A stretch of DNA of 64,000 nt from Dicyema japonicum (Eukaryota > Animalia > Dicyemida). Positions 23,465 through 36,926 of this stretch are shown here, piece after piece. The DNA is taken from contig RDEW01000056.1 in NCBI GenBank assembly GCA_011109175.1, positions 1 to 64,000 on the forward strand, given 5' to 3'. The notes under the pieces are model-generated. The model saw nothing but the letters and a program-made list of their open reading frames with translations. It was not told where the DNA came from and did no database searches. Made by a program: the position numbers and the translations under genes. Numbering within the stretch: position 1 is the stretch's first letter; the number at the start of each line of letters is the position of its first letter.

Positions 23465-26444
23465 GTTGAGGTGGTGACGTCCCTCTTTGAAAATATGTCT
23501 TCTTCGCGCTTAATTACCCGTTGCCCATTCTCTCTTGGTACTTTCAACACTTGAGGCTCGAAGTTCATCACCAAAACATCAACTCGCACGTGATTTATCT
23601 ATCCATGGTGTCAGTATTTGCTGCATTCAAGAGACAAAGATTACAGCATATTCTATTACGAAATTGGATGATTACTACATGATCACTTTGGACTCTGACT
23701 GCCGACATTATGGTCTTGGATTTGCGGTTCACAGGGATCTTTACGACCGTGTGACACGCGTATGGGCTGTCTCGGATCGTATTGCAGTCATGCAACTGAA
23801 GTTTGGAACAAAGCCCAACTCTGTTATTTCTATCATCAATGTTTATGCTCCGACCGCTGTCCGGGCTGATGCCAATCCTGAAGAACTTGGTGCGTTTTAC
23901 TCATGTTTGACAGGGACATATGACTCACTTTCGTCGTCATATCTGACGTTTATTGGTGGAGACTGGAATGCCAGAGTTGGTAAAGTACGGAATGGGGAGA
24001 CTTGTATTGGATCACATGCTCGGAATCGTCGAAATTCCTCTGGTGTCTCATTGGTTCAATTCTGCGAATCCTACAACTTATTTATTACGAACACTGCTTT
24101 TGAACACCCAGCAAGACATAAACTACCTGGACTGGTTCACGAAAGGACAAAAATGGCAACTTGATTAAAATATATAATCAAATTGATTATATCTTGTGCA
24201 GAAGAAGGAAAACAAAGAAACTCGAGAACATACGATGGGCTTGAAACATCAAGTGATCACAAATTGGTGATCACTCGGTTCTCTTTGGGAAGTTTGTACA
24301 AACCTGGAAGATATGGAAAAACGGAATTCGAAAGATTGGATACAGAAACTCTAATAAGCAATGAAATAAAGATGAAAGAGTATGGCGAAAAACTCAGAAA
24401 GGAATTAAGCAAGATGAATACAAACAATAGTGCACAGGATTTGTGGAATGACGTTGGAGTTGCAATGAAGAATACCGCGTCGTTGGTTTTGGGGACTACT
24501 CACAAAAACAAATTCAAATATAACAACGAAGAAATATCATTTATCTTCAGAACAAAAGAATTTGAGGATTAGAATTAATAATTCAAATATACCGAGTCTA
24601 AAAAAAGAGCTAAGGATAGTTCGTAACTCAATTTTAACAAAAATCAAAAAACTTCAAAAATATCAAGTAAAAAAGGAAGTGGAGGAACAGATGAAATCAA
24701 GAAATATAAGAACGGATCCAAAATGTTCAAAGCCATTCGGATTATTAGCAAAAAGAAACGACCAGGGAATATTGTTATTCACGACCAACATGGACGATCA
24801 GTATTGAATGTTATTGAAAAGGCGAACATAGTCTCTTCACACTACTATGACATCTTTAACAATCAAGAAATTGAAAAACTCCAATAACATCAACGGCTCC
24901 TCTTAACTGCCCCATTATTATCGCGGAAACTATCAAGGCAATAGGAAAACTAAACTACAGGAAAGCGGCTGGTCCTGATAATATACCTGCAGAGTTAATA
25001 AAATGTGGACCCACTGAATTGGGTGAAATAATCACCATCATACTCAATAAAGCATTTGAAGACAAAAACGATCTTGGAATTGGGAGAGGATGGCTAATTC
25101 CAATACCAAAACCTGGGAAACCTAGAGGTCCCGCAAACAGTCTAAGACCAATAATTCTATTATCGGTCTTACGGAAAACCCTCTCTATCATTGTATTAAA
25201 TCGAATCAAAGGGAAAGTCGACAAATTCTTATCGCCTGGACAAAGCGGTTTCAGGGAAAAAAGATCAACCGCCGACATAGTATGGACGCACAGATGGTCT
25301 GGCGCTATATGTCAGAAATACAAAAAATGCATAGAAGTTCTGGGGATCGACATGAGTCGTGCATTCGACTCTGTACACAGGGGACTACTTATTAACATTC
25401 TGAATACATTTCTAGACACGGATGATGTTAGAATTATTTCCTTGCTCCTAGAAGATACTCACCTGGCTGTCAAAATCGGAAATACCGCTTCCAATTTTTT
25501 TAAAACCACTCGGGGAGTTCCACAAGGGGATTCGTTGTCTCCTATTCTATTTATTATTTATCTTGAGGCTGCACTGAGGGATTTCAGATTATCCATTAAA
25601 GGACAATATTATGAGTTGATTTACGCAGACGATCTGGACTTTGTATCGGATGATTCTGAATTTCTCAAGTACATAAACGAACATCTTCCTAACATTTTCC
25701 AAAAATGGTTCTTGAAGATAAACACTGACAAAACGGAATTTACATCATTCAGCCGTGCAGAGAGGATATCCGACGAGACGTGGAGAAGACATAAGAAGGT
25801 CGGATCGCTCTTGGGGACGAGGAAGATGTAGCTCGACGGAAAATCCTTGCATCTGGTGCTTTCAGAAGCCTATCTAAAATATGGAGTTCGGGAAGAAGAC
25901 TTTGTGGAAAAATAAAGCTTATGATATACAAATACTTTGTTGTGCCCATCCTAATATATAACTGTGGGACATGGGGTTTGTCTAAACGGGCAATGGAGTC
26001 TATTGACAGTTTCGACCGCAGTATGCTTCGGAAGGCACTTAATATTCACTACAAAATGAAGATCAAAAACGAACAATTATATAAGTTGAGCAAAACAGAA
26101 CCATTATCCATGGAAATCAGAAGATCGAGATGGAGACTGTTCGGTCACATTCTGAGGATGGACCTGGATGTCCCGGCAAATCACGTAATAGATGAATATT
26201 TCATGAAAAAAACAAAATCATTCCGAGGAAGGCCTAGAACAACCTTACCTATCACGCTAAATGAGGACCTAAAAGCCATAGGCAGGGAGTTGAAAACAAT
26301 GGATGACCTCGATGAACTAAGAGATCTTGCGAAACGGAGAGGCCTTTGGATGCGATTGGTGCAAAGGGTGGCCGGCGCGGCACAAGGGAACCTTAATTGA
26401 CTTTTGTTTTTTTATGTGTTCTCGGCAGTGCTGATAATAATAAT
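23465..26444 (+). mobile_element. RTE-like LINE, near full length (APE + RT), frameshifted
   Basis: GTFN..ICCIQETK..GGDWNARVG..IDYI..SDH; PQGDSLSP; YADD; FRGRPRTTLP; (TAA)n tail; TSD AATGAATCTG / AATGAAATCTG. Confidence 0.93.
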
Positions 26445-27971
26445 AATGAAATCTGATAGGGAATTCCAAGTTTTGTAAATAATATTCCTCAGGTTTTCCA
26501 GTTTTATATCAATATTGCTGTATTTGCATTCTACATAATAATTCCTCTTTACCAGGTTTTCAAATTCTTCAGAAAGACGAATAAATTTTTGATTCTCATA
26601 AATCTTTACATGTCAAGAGCAATAGTTGCATTTCAAATTCAGCTGCGCTAATTTCAAAGTGCTCACTTTAGCACATAAGGATTATAACAAACTATAGAGT
26701 TTTCTTTTCTAAAATCCTGAAATCTATATTTAAACATTAATTTATAACGAAAGACATTTTTTTTAAATAAGTTTAATATTATAAACTTGATTACTTACTC
26801 CTAAATATTGACGTAATTTAGAGAAATGTAAAATATTCCTGTTCTATATCCTCTTCTAACAAAATCACTTCCTCAAACATGAAAAGGCTATATTTCCACT
26901 TTCTTGAGATTCTGAGTTTAGTTGGTTGATACAATGTAACCTAATCACTTCATGGTCAATTTTCTTTTTAATTAGTGTGATAAATCCCTTTCTCGATCCT
27001 ATCATTCTTGCAGCACCGTCAGTTGAATTTGATACGATTTTATTGAGTAGAATAAAATTAGTTTCCAGATATTCTACAACTGTGTCGACAATATCTTGAC
27101 CACGGGGTTGACTCTTTAGAGCAGAGGTATCAAAGATATGGCCCGCGAGTTTGAAAGTGTATTTAAAATAAAATCTTATCGGTTTTACTAACGAATTACC
27201 ATATCATTCCGAAGTAAGGTGCTTAAGTCCAAGTGTGTATTAAAGAGATTTTTTGATTTAAGAGAAGAAATCAAACACTTCATGTTTGCAAAGAACAAAC
27301 CATTATCAGAATTTTGATTGGTTGCTAGATTTGCTTTTTTGTGGATATTACAGAACACACTTAACAAAGTTTGCAAAGGCCGACATAAAGTTGTTACACA
27401 ATATTTGCATACAAGCTTTCACCATGAAACTAATGTTATGGAGACACAATTGACAGTGGGAAACACTGAGCATTTTTCTTGTTTGAAAAGTGTAATTTCC
27501 ACCACATCTAATGTTGACATGAATCAGTATAAAAAAATTACAGGATTGCTACGATAGTTTGAGACACGTTTTTGAAATTTTCCGTGTACTTGAAAATGAA
27601 TTTACTGTTTTTCGATTACCATTTACTGCAAATGTTGCTCATCTTCCAGCCTAGCCTACAACTGGAAATTATTGATTTGAAATGTGACTCAGATCTGAAA
27701 AATAAATTCACCATGGTGGACTTAGGCAGCTTTTATTTCTTGCTGAAGTATCCCAACTTAACAGCCCTAGCTGCGAAGATTTTGTCCATGTTTGGGAGTA
27801 CTATGTGAACAACTGTTCTCTTTAATAAACATAAACAAACAAGATTTCGTTCGAGGTTCACACACAATCATCTAAGTGTGAAATTCTAAGATTGAGGTAA
27901 CTCAGGATTTTACACCAGATATATTGAAGCTATTATGAAGAAAAAGGATATCAAGTTTCAGGAACATATTT

Positions 27972-30900
27972 TAATTATATTATTAGCACTTATCGCCGGA
28001 CCAGACTTCATTACTGCAGAACTTTTACAATACGGCCCGAGGAGCTAATTGAAATGATTACTAACATTTTCAACCGGTCTCTCGAGGGTGCAGATGAACT
28101 GGAACTGGGAAAAGGGTGGCTAATTCCACTACAAAAACCGGGAAAAGTAAAGGCCCTCTCACAACTTCAGACCTATTATACTCCTAACCTCCATACGAAA
28201 ACATTATCCCTCATGCTTTTAAACCGAATAAAGGAGAGGGTGAACATATTTCTTTCGGACGGCCAAAGTGGATTCCGGACGGGCAGGTCCACGGCTGACG
28301 TGGTATGGGGGCACAGGTGTATTGTGCCTGTGCCAAAAAATACAAAAAATCTATTGAGATACTTGGTATCGACATGTCCCGTGCGTTCGACTCGGTGGAC
28401 CGTGGAAAACTTATGGAAGGTTGGAGAGTTTTCTACTGCCTGACGATGTCAAAATAATACACTTACTCATGCGGAACACTCAACTTGCCGTCAAAATTGG
28501 TGACTCTACCTCTAACTTTTTTTCGACTCACGTGGAGTTCCACAGGGGACTCACTATCCCGGTCCTCTTTATTGTCTACCTTGAGGCCGCACTAAGAGAG
28601 TTCAGACCCCTGGTTGGCAACAATTATAACGAGATAATCTACGCGGACGACCTGGACTTTGTTTCTGAGGATATTCAAGTACTTCAACACATGCTTAACG
28701 TTCTTCCACACGTATTCTCGAAATGGTTCTTAACCGTTAACACCGATAAAACAGAGTTCAAACACTTACACGCAATGTCGAAAGATCGGACGAGTCTTGG
28801 AGAAAGCAAAGAAGGTGGGTTCGCTTCTCGGGGACTCAGAAGATGTTTCTCGGAGGAAAATCCTCGCAATGTGTGCACTAAAGAAAGTATCGAATATCAT
28901 AAGAAGAGGATGGGATTAAACACCAAACTCAGAATATATAAGGCTTTTGTCATCCCCGTCCTGACCTACAATTCAGGCACTTGGGGAATCTCTAAACAAG
29001 AGATGGACCGTCTTGACGCTTTCCACAGGACACAATTGAAATCAGTAATCAAGATCAAGTGGCCTAAGAAGATCTCAAACAATGACCTCTACTCGAAGTG
29101 CAAATCTGGTATACTATCCGAGGAGATCTTCAGATCAAGATGGAGTCTCTTTGGACATATCTTACGTCTAAATGCTCAAGACCCGCGAATATCGCCATGG
29201 AAAAACTACCTAATGCATACGGGAGCCGGTTTCCGTGGAAGACCAAGAGTCACACTCCCAACTATTTGAATGGAGACCTGTCGGCTGTGGGACTGAAGCT
29301 CACTTCCGCAGACGACCTAGATACCTTAAGGGAACTGGCACGAAGTAGAGGGTCCTGGAAAAGGCTGATAGAGAGGATGGCTAGAAATACGGCACAAGGG
29401 AGGCTTGATTAATTTTATGACTTCTCGGGAGTGCTTTAAATAATAATAATACTTATTGCTATGTCATAGGACTTGACAAAGCATGTGCAACACGAGTTAG
29501 CAAGTCACTAGTTAATTTCATCCACTTTCTCCTATTCGAAGCCGTAGTGCGTAACCAGTCAAGATCCTCTCCACTTCCAAGATGCCGTCCCATTTCTTTG
29601 AGGTCCTTGTCGAGAACGACTGGCAGTGTCGTCCTTGGGCGACCACGGAAACGGGGGGCCTCCAACATGAAGTAATCCTCCATGGCTAAGTTCGCGGAGG
29701 CATCTAGGTCCAGTCGCAGAATATGACCGAAAAGCCTCCATCGTGTATCCAGAATTTCATTTGAAATTTCAGAGATCCTCGTCCTTTTATAGAGAAGATT
29801 AGATGACATCCTCGTATCACTTCTTTCGAACATCATATGTCGTAGTTGGTCTCTATGAAACGCATTAAGCCTCTTCAGTTCATTTCTTGAGCAGGGCCAG
29901 GTACCAGCGTTATACCGTAGTATGGGTTTCATTAGCGAGTTGTATAATCAAGTTTTTGTTATAATGTCAAGGCCCTTTTTGTAAGCCAGTGTTCTTTAAT
30001 CTGGAGAGGGCAGTTTGTGCTAGGGTTTTCCTTCTCGTAATTTCTTCATGGTCTCCTAGGAGGGAGCCAAGCTTTTTGCACTTGCGCCAGTACTCCTCCG
30101 TCCTTGTTTCTTCCCTCTTGAGTTCAGTTACTCAGTCTTGTCCGGATTTACTGTTAGGAACCATTCGGCTAGTCTTCCAGCACTTCTTCCATCAAGCGGG
30201 TGAGCGGTATTTTGTTTGAAATAAAGTCTACGTCGTCAGCATACGCAATAATGTTTGTCTTTTCACCCATTATCGGTTTTGACTCCCGTAAAGCAGCTTC
30301 AAGGTATATGACAAAAAGTATAGGTGATAATGGGTCTCCCTGTGGAGTGCCAACAGTCGTCTCAAATCGGCGAGACAAGGCTCCCCCGACTCTTACAGTG
30401 AGCCAAGTATCAGCTAGGAGGGTGGTGGCCATTCTGACAGTGGAAGCGTCTAGGAAACTTTCCAAAACCAGTATTAGCCTCCGTCTGTCGACAGAGTCGA
30501 AGGCCCTCGAAATGTCGATTCCGAGGATGGTTGTAGACATTTTGAACTTTTGAACGGCCGCAGATCTCCACTTGTGGGACCACAAAACATCGGAAGTAGA
30601 TCTTCCTTTTCGGAATCCGCTGTGGTATAGCGACAGAAAAGTATCTAGGCGTCCTTCCATCCTTTGTAATGTTATGTTCGCCAGAATTTTCCGAAGTGAA
30701 TTCATTAATATGACTGGACGGAGGTTCTCCACCTTAGCTCTTGGTTTATTCGCCTTCTGTACAGGTATCAAGATACCCTCTCCCAGGGTCAGCGTGTGAC
30801 CATAATAGTACATTTCATTCAGGATCCTAGCGATGCATTCATACAGCTTTTGGGTTCCATATTTGAAGAATTCACCGAGTCCGTCGGGGCCAGGAGTCCT

Positions 30901-32156
30901 GTTGTTTTTCAACTTGGAACTCGCAAGTTCAACTTTAAATGATGTGATTTCCTTATCCAATTTTCCTCGTTCTAGGATGATAGTGTCGTTTCTTGGATTG
31001 AAAAGTTTTCCAAAGTGGGCAGCGATAATTTCGCCACTTCCCTTTGGTCCACAATCTGCGCTCCTTTGTCATCTCTTATCATTATCGGTTGATGGGGTCT
31101 CATTCCTTTCATCTGTTTCACAGCCTCGTAGAATCTAGCGTTGTCCTTGAGAGATTCTATCTTCTTAATCTGGTCCAGTGCTCTATTTCTGTTATGCTGG
31201 CGTATAGTTTTTCTTATTTTTGCTTTGATGGTTTTTATTTCTAGCCGCAATTTTGATTTTACATTCGAATCGTCAGTATTTTGATATAGCATCCATATGG
31301 TCTTCTGCTTATTGGCAAGGTCCTTCACCGTGTAAATGTCATTGTGCGATGGGATTTTTTCATGTTCTTTCAATAGATGCAGACTGGCTCCTTTGTGTAT
31401 TGACTGCTTTACAAAATCCCAGGATTTTCCGGGCGGCAAATCTGTAGGCATGTTTTCTAGTTCTGCATCCAGATATTCTTTAAATGCTAGGGCCCTTTCT
31501 GATTAAGGATTCCAAATTATAACGTTTATAGTTGGGTTCTGTGGTTTCAATGTGCTTCCATTTCGTTCTTTGTAGTACCATAAATCTCTTTAGAGAAAGT
31601 CTAGCAATAACCATTTTGTGGTCGCTGTCGATAATAGATCCACCATAAGCTCGTGCATCAAGTATAATCCCTCGATCTTTTTGCCTGCATATGATATAGT
31701 CGATCTGGTTGTACATACTTATCACTCGCCCTTCGGAATTTGTTCCCGACCACGTAGATTTATGTCTGGCTGGATGCATGAAGGCTGTATTGCATAAAAC
31801 TAAGTTGTTCGTTTTACAGAAGTTAGCTAGTAGAGTTCCCGGGAGATTTCTTTTCCCCCTACCATGCCTTCCCATGAATGTCTCATCGGTCGTAACCTGG
31901 GTGCCAGCTTTCGCATTTAGGTCTCCTGCGATCATTACTAATGTTGAGAGAGCATACTTGGAGAAGACGGCAGAAAGACTGGTGTAAAAGTCATCAATCT
32001 CTCAGGGTTTTTATTAAGCCATCCACTGTGAGGGGCGTACACGTTTATTATAGTTAGATATTTCTTCGACGGGTTGAGGTCATCCAGTTTCAATTGCAAC
32101 ACTTCGATTCTATCATTCACACTGTAATATCGGCAGACTCTCTTGGATAGATCATA
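27972..32156 (-). mobile_element. RTE-like LINE (body 29460-32156; terminal AGTGCTAATAAT tail stranded at 27972-27996)
   Basis: INVYAPH, AGDLNAK, QIDYII, SDH, PQGDPLSP, YADDVDF, FRGRPRTTLP. Confidence 0.92.
27997..29450 (+). mobile_element. RTE-like LINE, 5'-truncated, inserted in the 3' UTR of the minus-strand RTE
   Basis: IYADDLDF, FRGRPRVTLP, (TAA)n tail; TSD ACTTATCGC (27988-96) / ACTTATTGC (29451-59). Confidence 0.9.
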
Positions 32157-33190
32157 AAAATCATAGTATAAATCAAATACCCGGTTAAATCAAAAATTAA
32201 TAGGCCGAGGAAAAAATGAATTTGACCACTCCTGCTTTATAGGCATAATGCCAAAAGTTCTTGTCCAAGGAAGCCTCGAGACACATAAATGAACAAACGG
32301 AGACACCTAAGGATAACATTAAAAAAAACATGAGTTAAAAGTGAATGCGAAAGATGCAGTTTATTCAGATTGAAAATGTCGTGTATTATAAATTTGTTAT
32401 TGTTGGGCATATATCACTGTACAACTAGAATTTAATGTTAATTGTATAAATTTTTTGATTATTAAAAAAAATAATAATACAGTAAAGTCCCTTAAATTGG
32501 CTCAAATTTGTTCCTGAACTATTTTTGGCCAATTTTTCAAGAAAATATTCAAAAAAACCAAAAATTGTTTCTTTGGCTTAAAAGGTTGCCGACCCCTGGT
32601 CTAATATTATGGGTGTCTTTTTGTGGGATAATTTCGGTAGTCTTGTGTGGCATGATTAGTCAAAGAAGGAAATAAGTATCATAAAGGGGGAATTACTTGG
32701 ACTGGCTCAAGAAAAGACAAAATAGAAACATTTACCAAATATACCACCAAATTGATTACGTCCTATTTAGAAGAAATGTGAAAAAGATATTGTGAGGTCA
32801 GAACCTAGGACGATCTTGAGACAAGTAGTGACCACAAAATGGTTGTGACTCGGATTGTCTTGAAGAGAACAGTTGGTATACACAACCGAACAAGCGACAT
32901 AGAAATTATTGATACAGATAAACTAGTTTACCAAGATTATTTTGGACTATATTAATCAGATTTTAACAAAAAGGAAATTCAAGATAATCCGAATACTCAA
33001 AACACCAAGTCATATCATTTTATTGGTGTCTCACTCGACGCTATTAATAAGCTAAACTGTAACGGGGTCCCAGGTGATATTTCTGTGTGTTATATCAATT
33101 TGGGCCTATTGAAACTGACAGAGGTTATTACACAACACACTAAATGAAGCTCTTGAAGAGGACCAAGAACTATACCATTTCAGGTTTAAA

Positions 33191-33375
33191 GTGGGTCTTA
33201 CCAAAAGCAAAGTGGGTCTTACCAAAAGCAAAGTGGGTCTTACCAAAAGCAAAGTGGAACTTACCAAAAGCAAAGTGGAACTTACCAAAAGCAAAGTGGA
33301 ACTTACCAAAAGCAAAGTGGAACTTACCAAAAGCAAAGTGGAACTTACCAAAAGCAAAGTGGAACAAAAATTATT
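33191..33375 (+). repeat. Left-arm 21-bp array, 8 units (GTGGGTC/GTGGAAC-TTACCAAAAGCAAA)
   Basis: Exact 21-bp period starting at 33191. Confidence 0.97.
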
Positions 33376-33765
33376 TAATAAACCATGTCATCATTATTTA
33401 ACACCGATGGGGCCAACCTCTGAATTCTAGCAATTACGGTGTTGCATAAAGATGGAGTGATTATACATAATGAATTAATCATACTTTCTTCTAACTTTTG
33501 AAGTCGAAACTCCGTAGTTGACAAAGCTTCTTGTCTCACACCATTCAAAATATTTTTCATATCTGTAGCAATGTGTCTTTTTACATCAGCTTTGAAAACT
33601 GACCAAATATTCTCAATTGGGTTGAGCATAGGGCTATAGGGACCCAATCTTAAAATTTTATTTCCGATGAATTCATTATCTTTGACAATTTCTTCAATTC
33701 CTGAATGGCATGGAGTATTGTCTACTACTAGCACTACTGGAAAATATATAGGTTTTTTGCTTAGT

Positions 33766-34074
33766 CACTTTTGCAATTGATCTCGACACTTTTGCATGTT
33801 GCTTTGTCACTTTTGCAAATGATCTCGTCACTTTTGCAATTGATCTCGACACTTTTGCATGTTGCTTTGTCACTTTTGCAAATGATCTCGTCACTTTTGC
33901 AATTGATCTCGACACTTTTGCATGTTGCTTTGTCACTTTTGCGATTGATCTCGACACTTTTGCAATTGATCTCGACACTTTTGCATGTTGCTTTGTCACT
34001 TTTGCGATTGATCTCGACACTTTTGCGAATGATCTCGACACTTTTGCGATTGATCTCGACACTTTTGCAATTGA
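33766..34074 (+). repeat. Internal 21-bp array, 15 CACTTTTGC-anchored units with partial 63-bp higher-order structure
   Basis: CACTTTTGC every 21 bp from 33766 to 34060; three main unit variants. Confidence 0.97.
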
Positions 34075-34099
34075 AATTAATCTTCATCCTATAACAAAA

Positions 34100-34370
34100 A
34101 ATAATTTTTGTTCCACTTTGATTTTTGGTAAGTACCACTTTGATTTTGGTAAGACCCACTTTGCTTTTGGTAAGTACCACTTTGCTTTTGGTAAGTACCA
34201 CTTTGCTTTGGTAAGTCCCAATTTGCTTTTGGTAAGACCCAATTTGCTTTTGGTAAGACCCAATTTGCTTTTGGTAAGACCCAATTTGCTTTTGGTAAGA
34301 CCCAATTTGCTTTTGGTAAGACCCAATTTGCTTTTGGTAAGACCCAATTTGCTTTTGGTAAGACCCACTT
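34100..34370 (-). repeat. Right-arm 21-bp array, ~12 units, inverted relative to the left arm
   Basis: Reverse complement of the left unit with TTGGGTC and GTGGTAC variants. Confidence 0.97.
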
Positions 34371-35518
34371 TAAACCTGAAATGGTATAGATATTGGTAGA
34401 GGATGGTTAATTCCCCTACCGATACCAGGAAAACCAAAAGTAGCTCCATATAATCTGAGACCAATTATTCTATAAACGAAATTACGAAAATATTATCTCT
34501 TATACTGCAACAAATAAAAACTAAGTAAACAGTTTTTATCCCCTGGATAAGATTGACCGCGGACGTAATTTGGACACAGACATTAGTTTTACTCCATCCA
34601 CGGAGGCATGCTCATGAAAGTATTAAACAGTTTCCTCTATACTGACGAAACAAAATTGACAAATCTGTTGCTCAAGAATACTCAACTTGATTGGTAAAAC
34701 TACATATTTTCACACAGAATGGGTAGTATGGCTAAAGGACTGATCTTTGTTGTTAGGATCAGCTATAAAAACGACTACTTTGAGACATTTCATATAGATG
34801 ATTGTATCAGATAATATGGATAATAGAGGCACAACGTGCTTCCTTAATTGCGGGATCAAGAAAACGTACCAAACGTTCGTGAGAGAACAAATGGTAGTGT
34901 TAAAAATGCAAAAGGATATTTTAAGGTTAACTCATTCCAGACCTTACGACCTTCATTAACATACTGTTAAGTTTTATTTATTATCAAAAAATAAAACATT
35001 CACATAATTAAAAGAAAAAGTCCGAACCACATGGCTATTACCTCACAAAACTGTAAGCAAAATCTTGAGTCCAAGACGTAATTAGATTCCAATTCTAATG
35101 AAAGGTTCACAATCTCCGCTTCGGATGGTTTTAAACCAGGACCTCACTCGGGAGAAGCTCTAGACAACAGGAAGACACAGCAGTTATGTTTCCATGACTT
35201 TAAGAGATTTTCGAACAACTCTCAGCAAGCAACACTTCCAGACTACGCTGAGTCTTGAGATGGAGGGAGGAAATAATGAAGACGGTTTCACGTTTCTCGT
35301 ACTGTGGTCCAACTTGCAAAGAGAGTATAGAATTCTTCTGGCCAACATATAGGAAGTAACGGGGGAAATTCGCAGCAGAAAAACATCTACAGAGCAGTGA
35401 ATTCTAAGGCGATCAAATCTGTTGGAAGTGTTTCCATGAAGTTCTATCAAAATAAATATTGTAGATACGTCCGACTATCAACAAAAGACATCGTCTATAG
35501 GTGGTAATGTTGGTTATA

Positions 35519-36926
35519 CAGTCCGACCTCGTTTTGGGGAAACCCAAACTGCGTAAAACCTCGATTTTGGGGAGATTTTATCATTTTAATAATGAAATTT
35601 ATTTTAGTAATACCCAAATGGGGAAAATTAGTAACAAAATATTAATATGTTTAAAGTCTTGTTCACTAGTGTAATAATCTCACTCATAAATAATAATAAC
35701 TCAAAAGACCAAGGGTAACCAAACTAACTAACTCATTGATCCTGACTCTTTCCAGCGTCCCAGAACTTGTCTCCAGGTAACGACATTGTCCTCCGGAAAA
35801 AAAATAGTGGATCCTCTTGATGCCGGCCAGGCATTGAACGTCTCCTCAGTAAGATGGATCCAATGACGCAATCAAGAGAGGGGAAAAATTATTCACAATT
35901 CTTAATTTTTAAATTTTCCTTAGTAAATTTAAGTTCAAAATGATAAAAAAATATGTAGGGAAATACAATCAAATAAATATGCATTTATTTGTGAGAAATT
36001 TGGCATCTCTAAGGCAAGTCTATACTGAAAAGGTAGGAAATCCCTTGCTTACATCAAATTAGGTAAATGTACCAATTAAACACAGAAGTTTAGTGAGCCT
36101 TTGTTCTGAAATATAAGTGTATCCCGATCAATGGACCAACATCAAAACTTATTGCTTGTAAAATTGATAATAGGCATTCTAAAGACTTAATCGTATCAAA
36201 TGGGTGGTTTAACCGATTTAAGAAACAATTTGATATGAATTGAAAATTCTTAATACGAAATATTCTGATAAAAATTAAAGTCGCCAAGAGCATTTAGAGT
36301 AGTAAATCTGAAAGCTATTGGCACCAAATATGCTGCTTCATACAAAGCTATGATGACAAAAAGTATTTTTGAAAATTAGCTATTTTATATTAACAAAGAA
36401 AATAGGGAAAGAAGAAAATAACAATACTGATAGATATTATAACATCGACATAATATTAAAAAATACGACTTTTTTAATATAGAAATATCATCGAGGGGTA
36501 GGTGTTTAAAAATCATTGCAGGATGATTAAATAATTATGATAAAAATCCAGTATCTCCAGATGAAGCTATAAAAGGGATCGAAATATATACAATGGCATA
36601 TTCAAGCCTTAAATGAAATTAATTAATCAAAATACGTATTCAAACCCAAGACCTTTGGATCCAATGTCATCAGACGTACCTAAAGGCCCATTCAAACAGG
36701 TATTGTGCATTAAGTACAAAAAAATAACAAAATATCATGAAATTTACAGGCTTCTTTATCAATATAAAAATCTAATGATTCATCTTGTTTTTTATACATA
36801 TCATAGTTATTTTTTTATTATAAAAGTAATTTTCCACACTTTCTATTAGGCTTTTTTTAAGAAGACCCTCATTTTTTGGAAAACCTCAAAATTGGGGAAT
36901 TTTTGGCCCATTTCTGGGTCGGACTG
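35519..36926 (+). mobile_element. Tigger/pogo-like element, degraded, TA TSD
   Basis: TA|CAGTCCGACC ... GGTCGGACTG|TA; CENP-B HTH remnant INGP...VSNGWFNRFKK at ~36120-36230. Confidence 0.8.
35690..35885 (-). mobile_element. Vingi-like LINE 3' fragment nested in Tigger
   Basis: About 80% similar by eye to 601-780. Confidence 0.65.

Larger units (their letters stand above)
27122..32234 (+). mobile_element. hAT2: SPIN/GTF2IRD2-like hAT nested in hAT1
   Basis: Ends CAGAGGTATCAAAG..GGCCCGCG / TTTGACCACTCCTG; TSD CTTTAGAG (27114-21) / CTTTATAG (32235-42). HSEVR..LKRFFDLREEI, WLLD.AFL, LSMFGST..CEQLFS. Confidence 0.82.
23316..32598 (-). mobile_element. hAT1: GTF2IRD2/EPM2AIP1-like hAT transposon hosting nested insertions
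   Basis: Ends CAGGGCTCGGCCAA / GGTTGCCGACCCCTG; TSD GTCTAGTA (23308-15) / GTCTAATA (32599-606). Transposase pieces QELLA.MPLKSQPRGQDIV..STDGAA and TWNSLSD|SFYELKK rejoin across the inserts. Confidence 0.8.
33173..34386 (-). mobile_element. Tc1/IS630-like (D35E) non-autonomous transposon with Foldback-like tandem-repeat TIRs
   Basis: Ends TACCATTTCAGGTTTAAAGTGGG / CCCACTTTAAACCTGAAATGGTA; TA TSD at 33171-72 and 34387-88. Remnant VVDNTPCH...RLGPYSPMLNPIE at 33375-33734. Confidence 0.92.
32610..34450 (+). mobile_element. Degraded RTE-like LINE split by the Tc1-like element
   Basis: QIDYVLF..SSDHKMV at 32750-32870. EEDQE-L|DIGRGWLIPLP reads through once 33173-34388 is removed. Confidence 0.75.

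Noticed and set aside
33106-34464. Many repetitive ORFs on both strands (VELTKSK, LLVSSTL, SRSIAKV…) and a possible CRISPR-like appearance
   Set aside because: They are stop-free by-products of 21-bp arrays inside a transposon. There are no unique spacers, and the context is eukaryotic.
34500-35450. GC-richer segment with ORF 35184-35450
   Set aside because: No recognisable gene or TE motifs.
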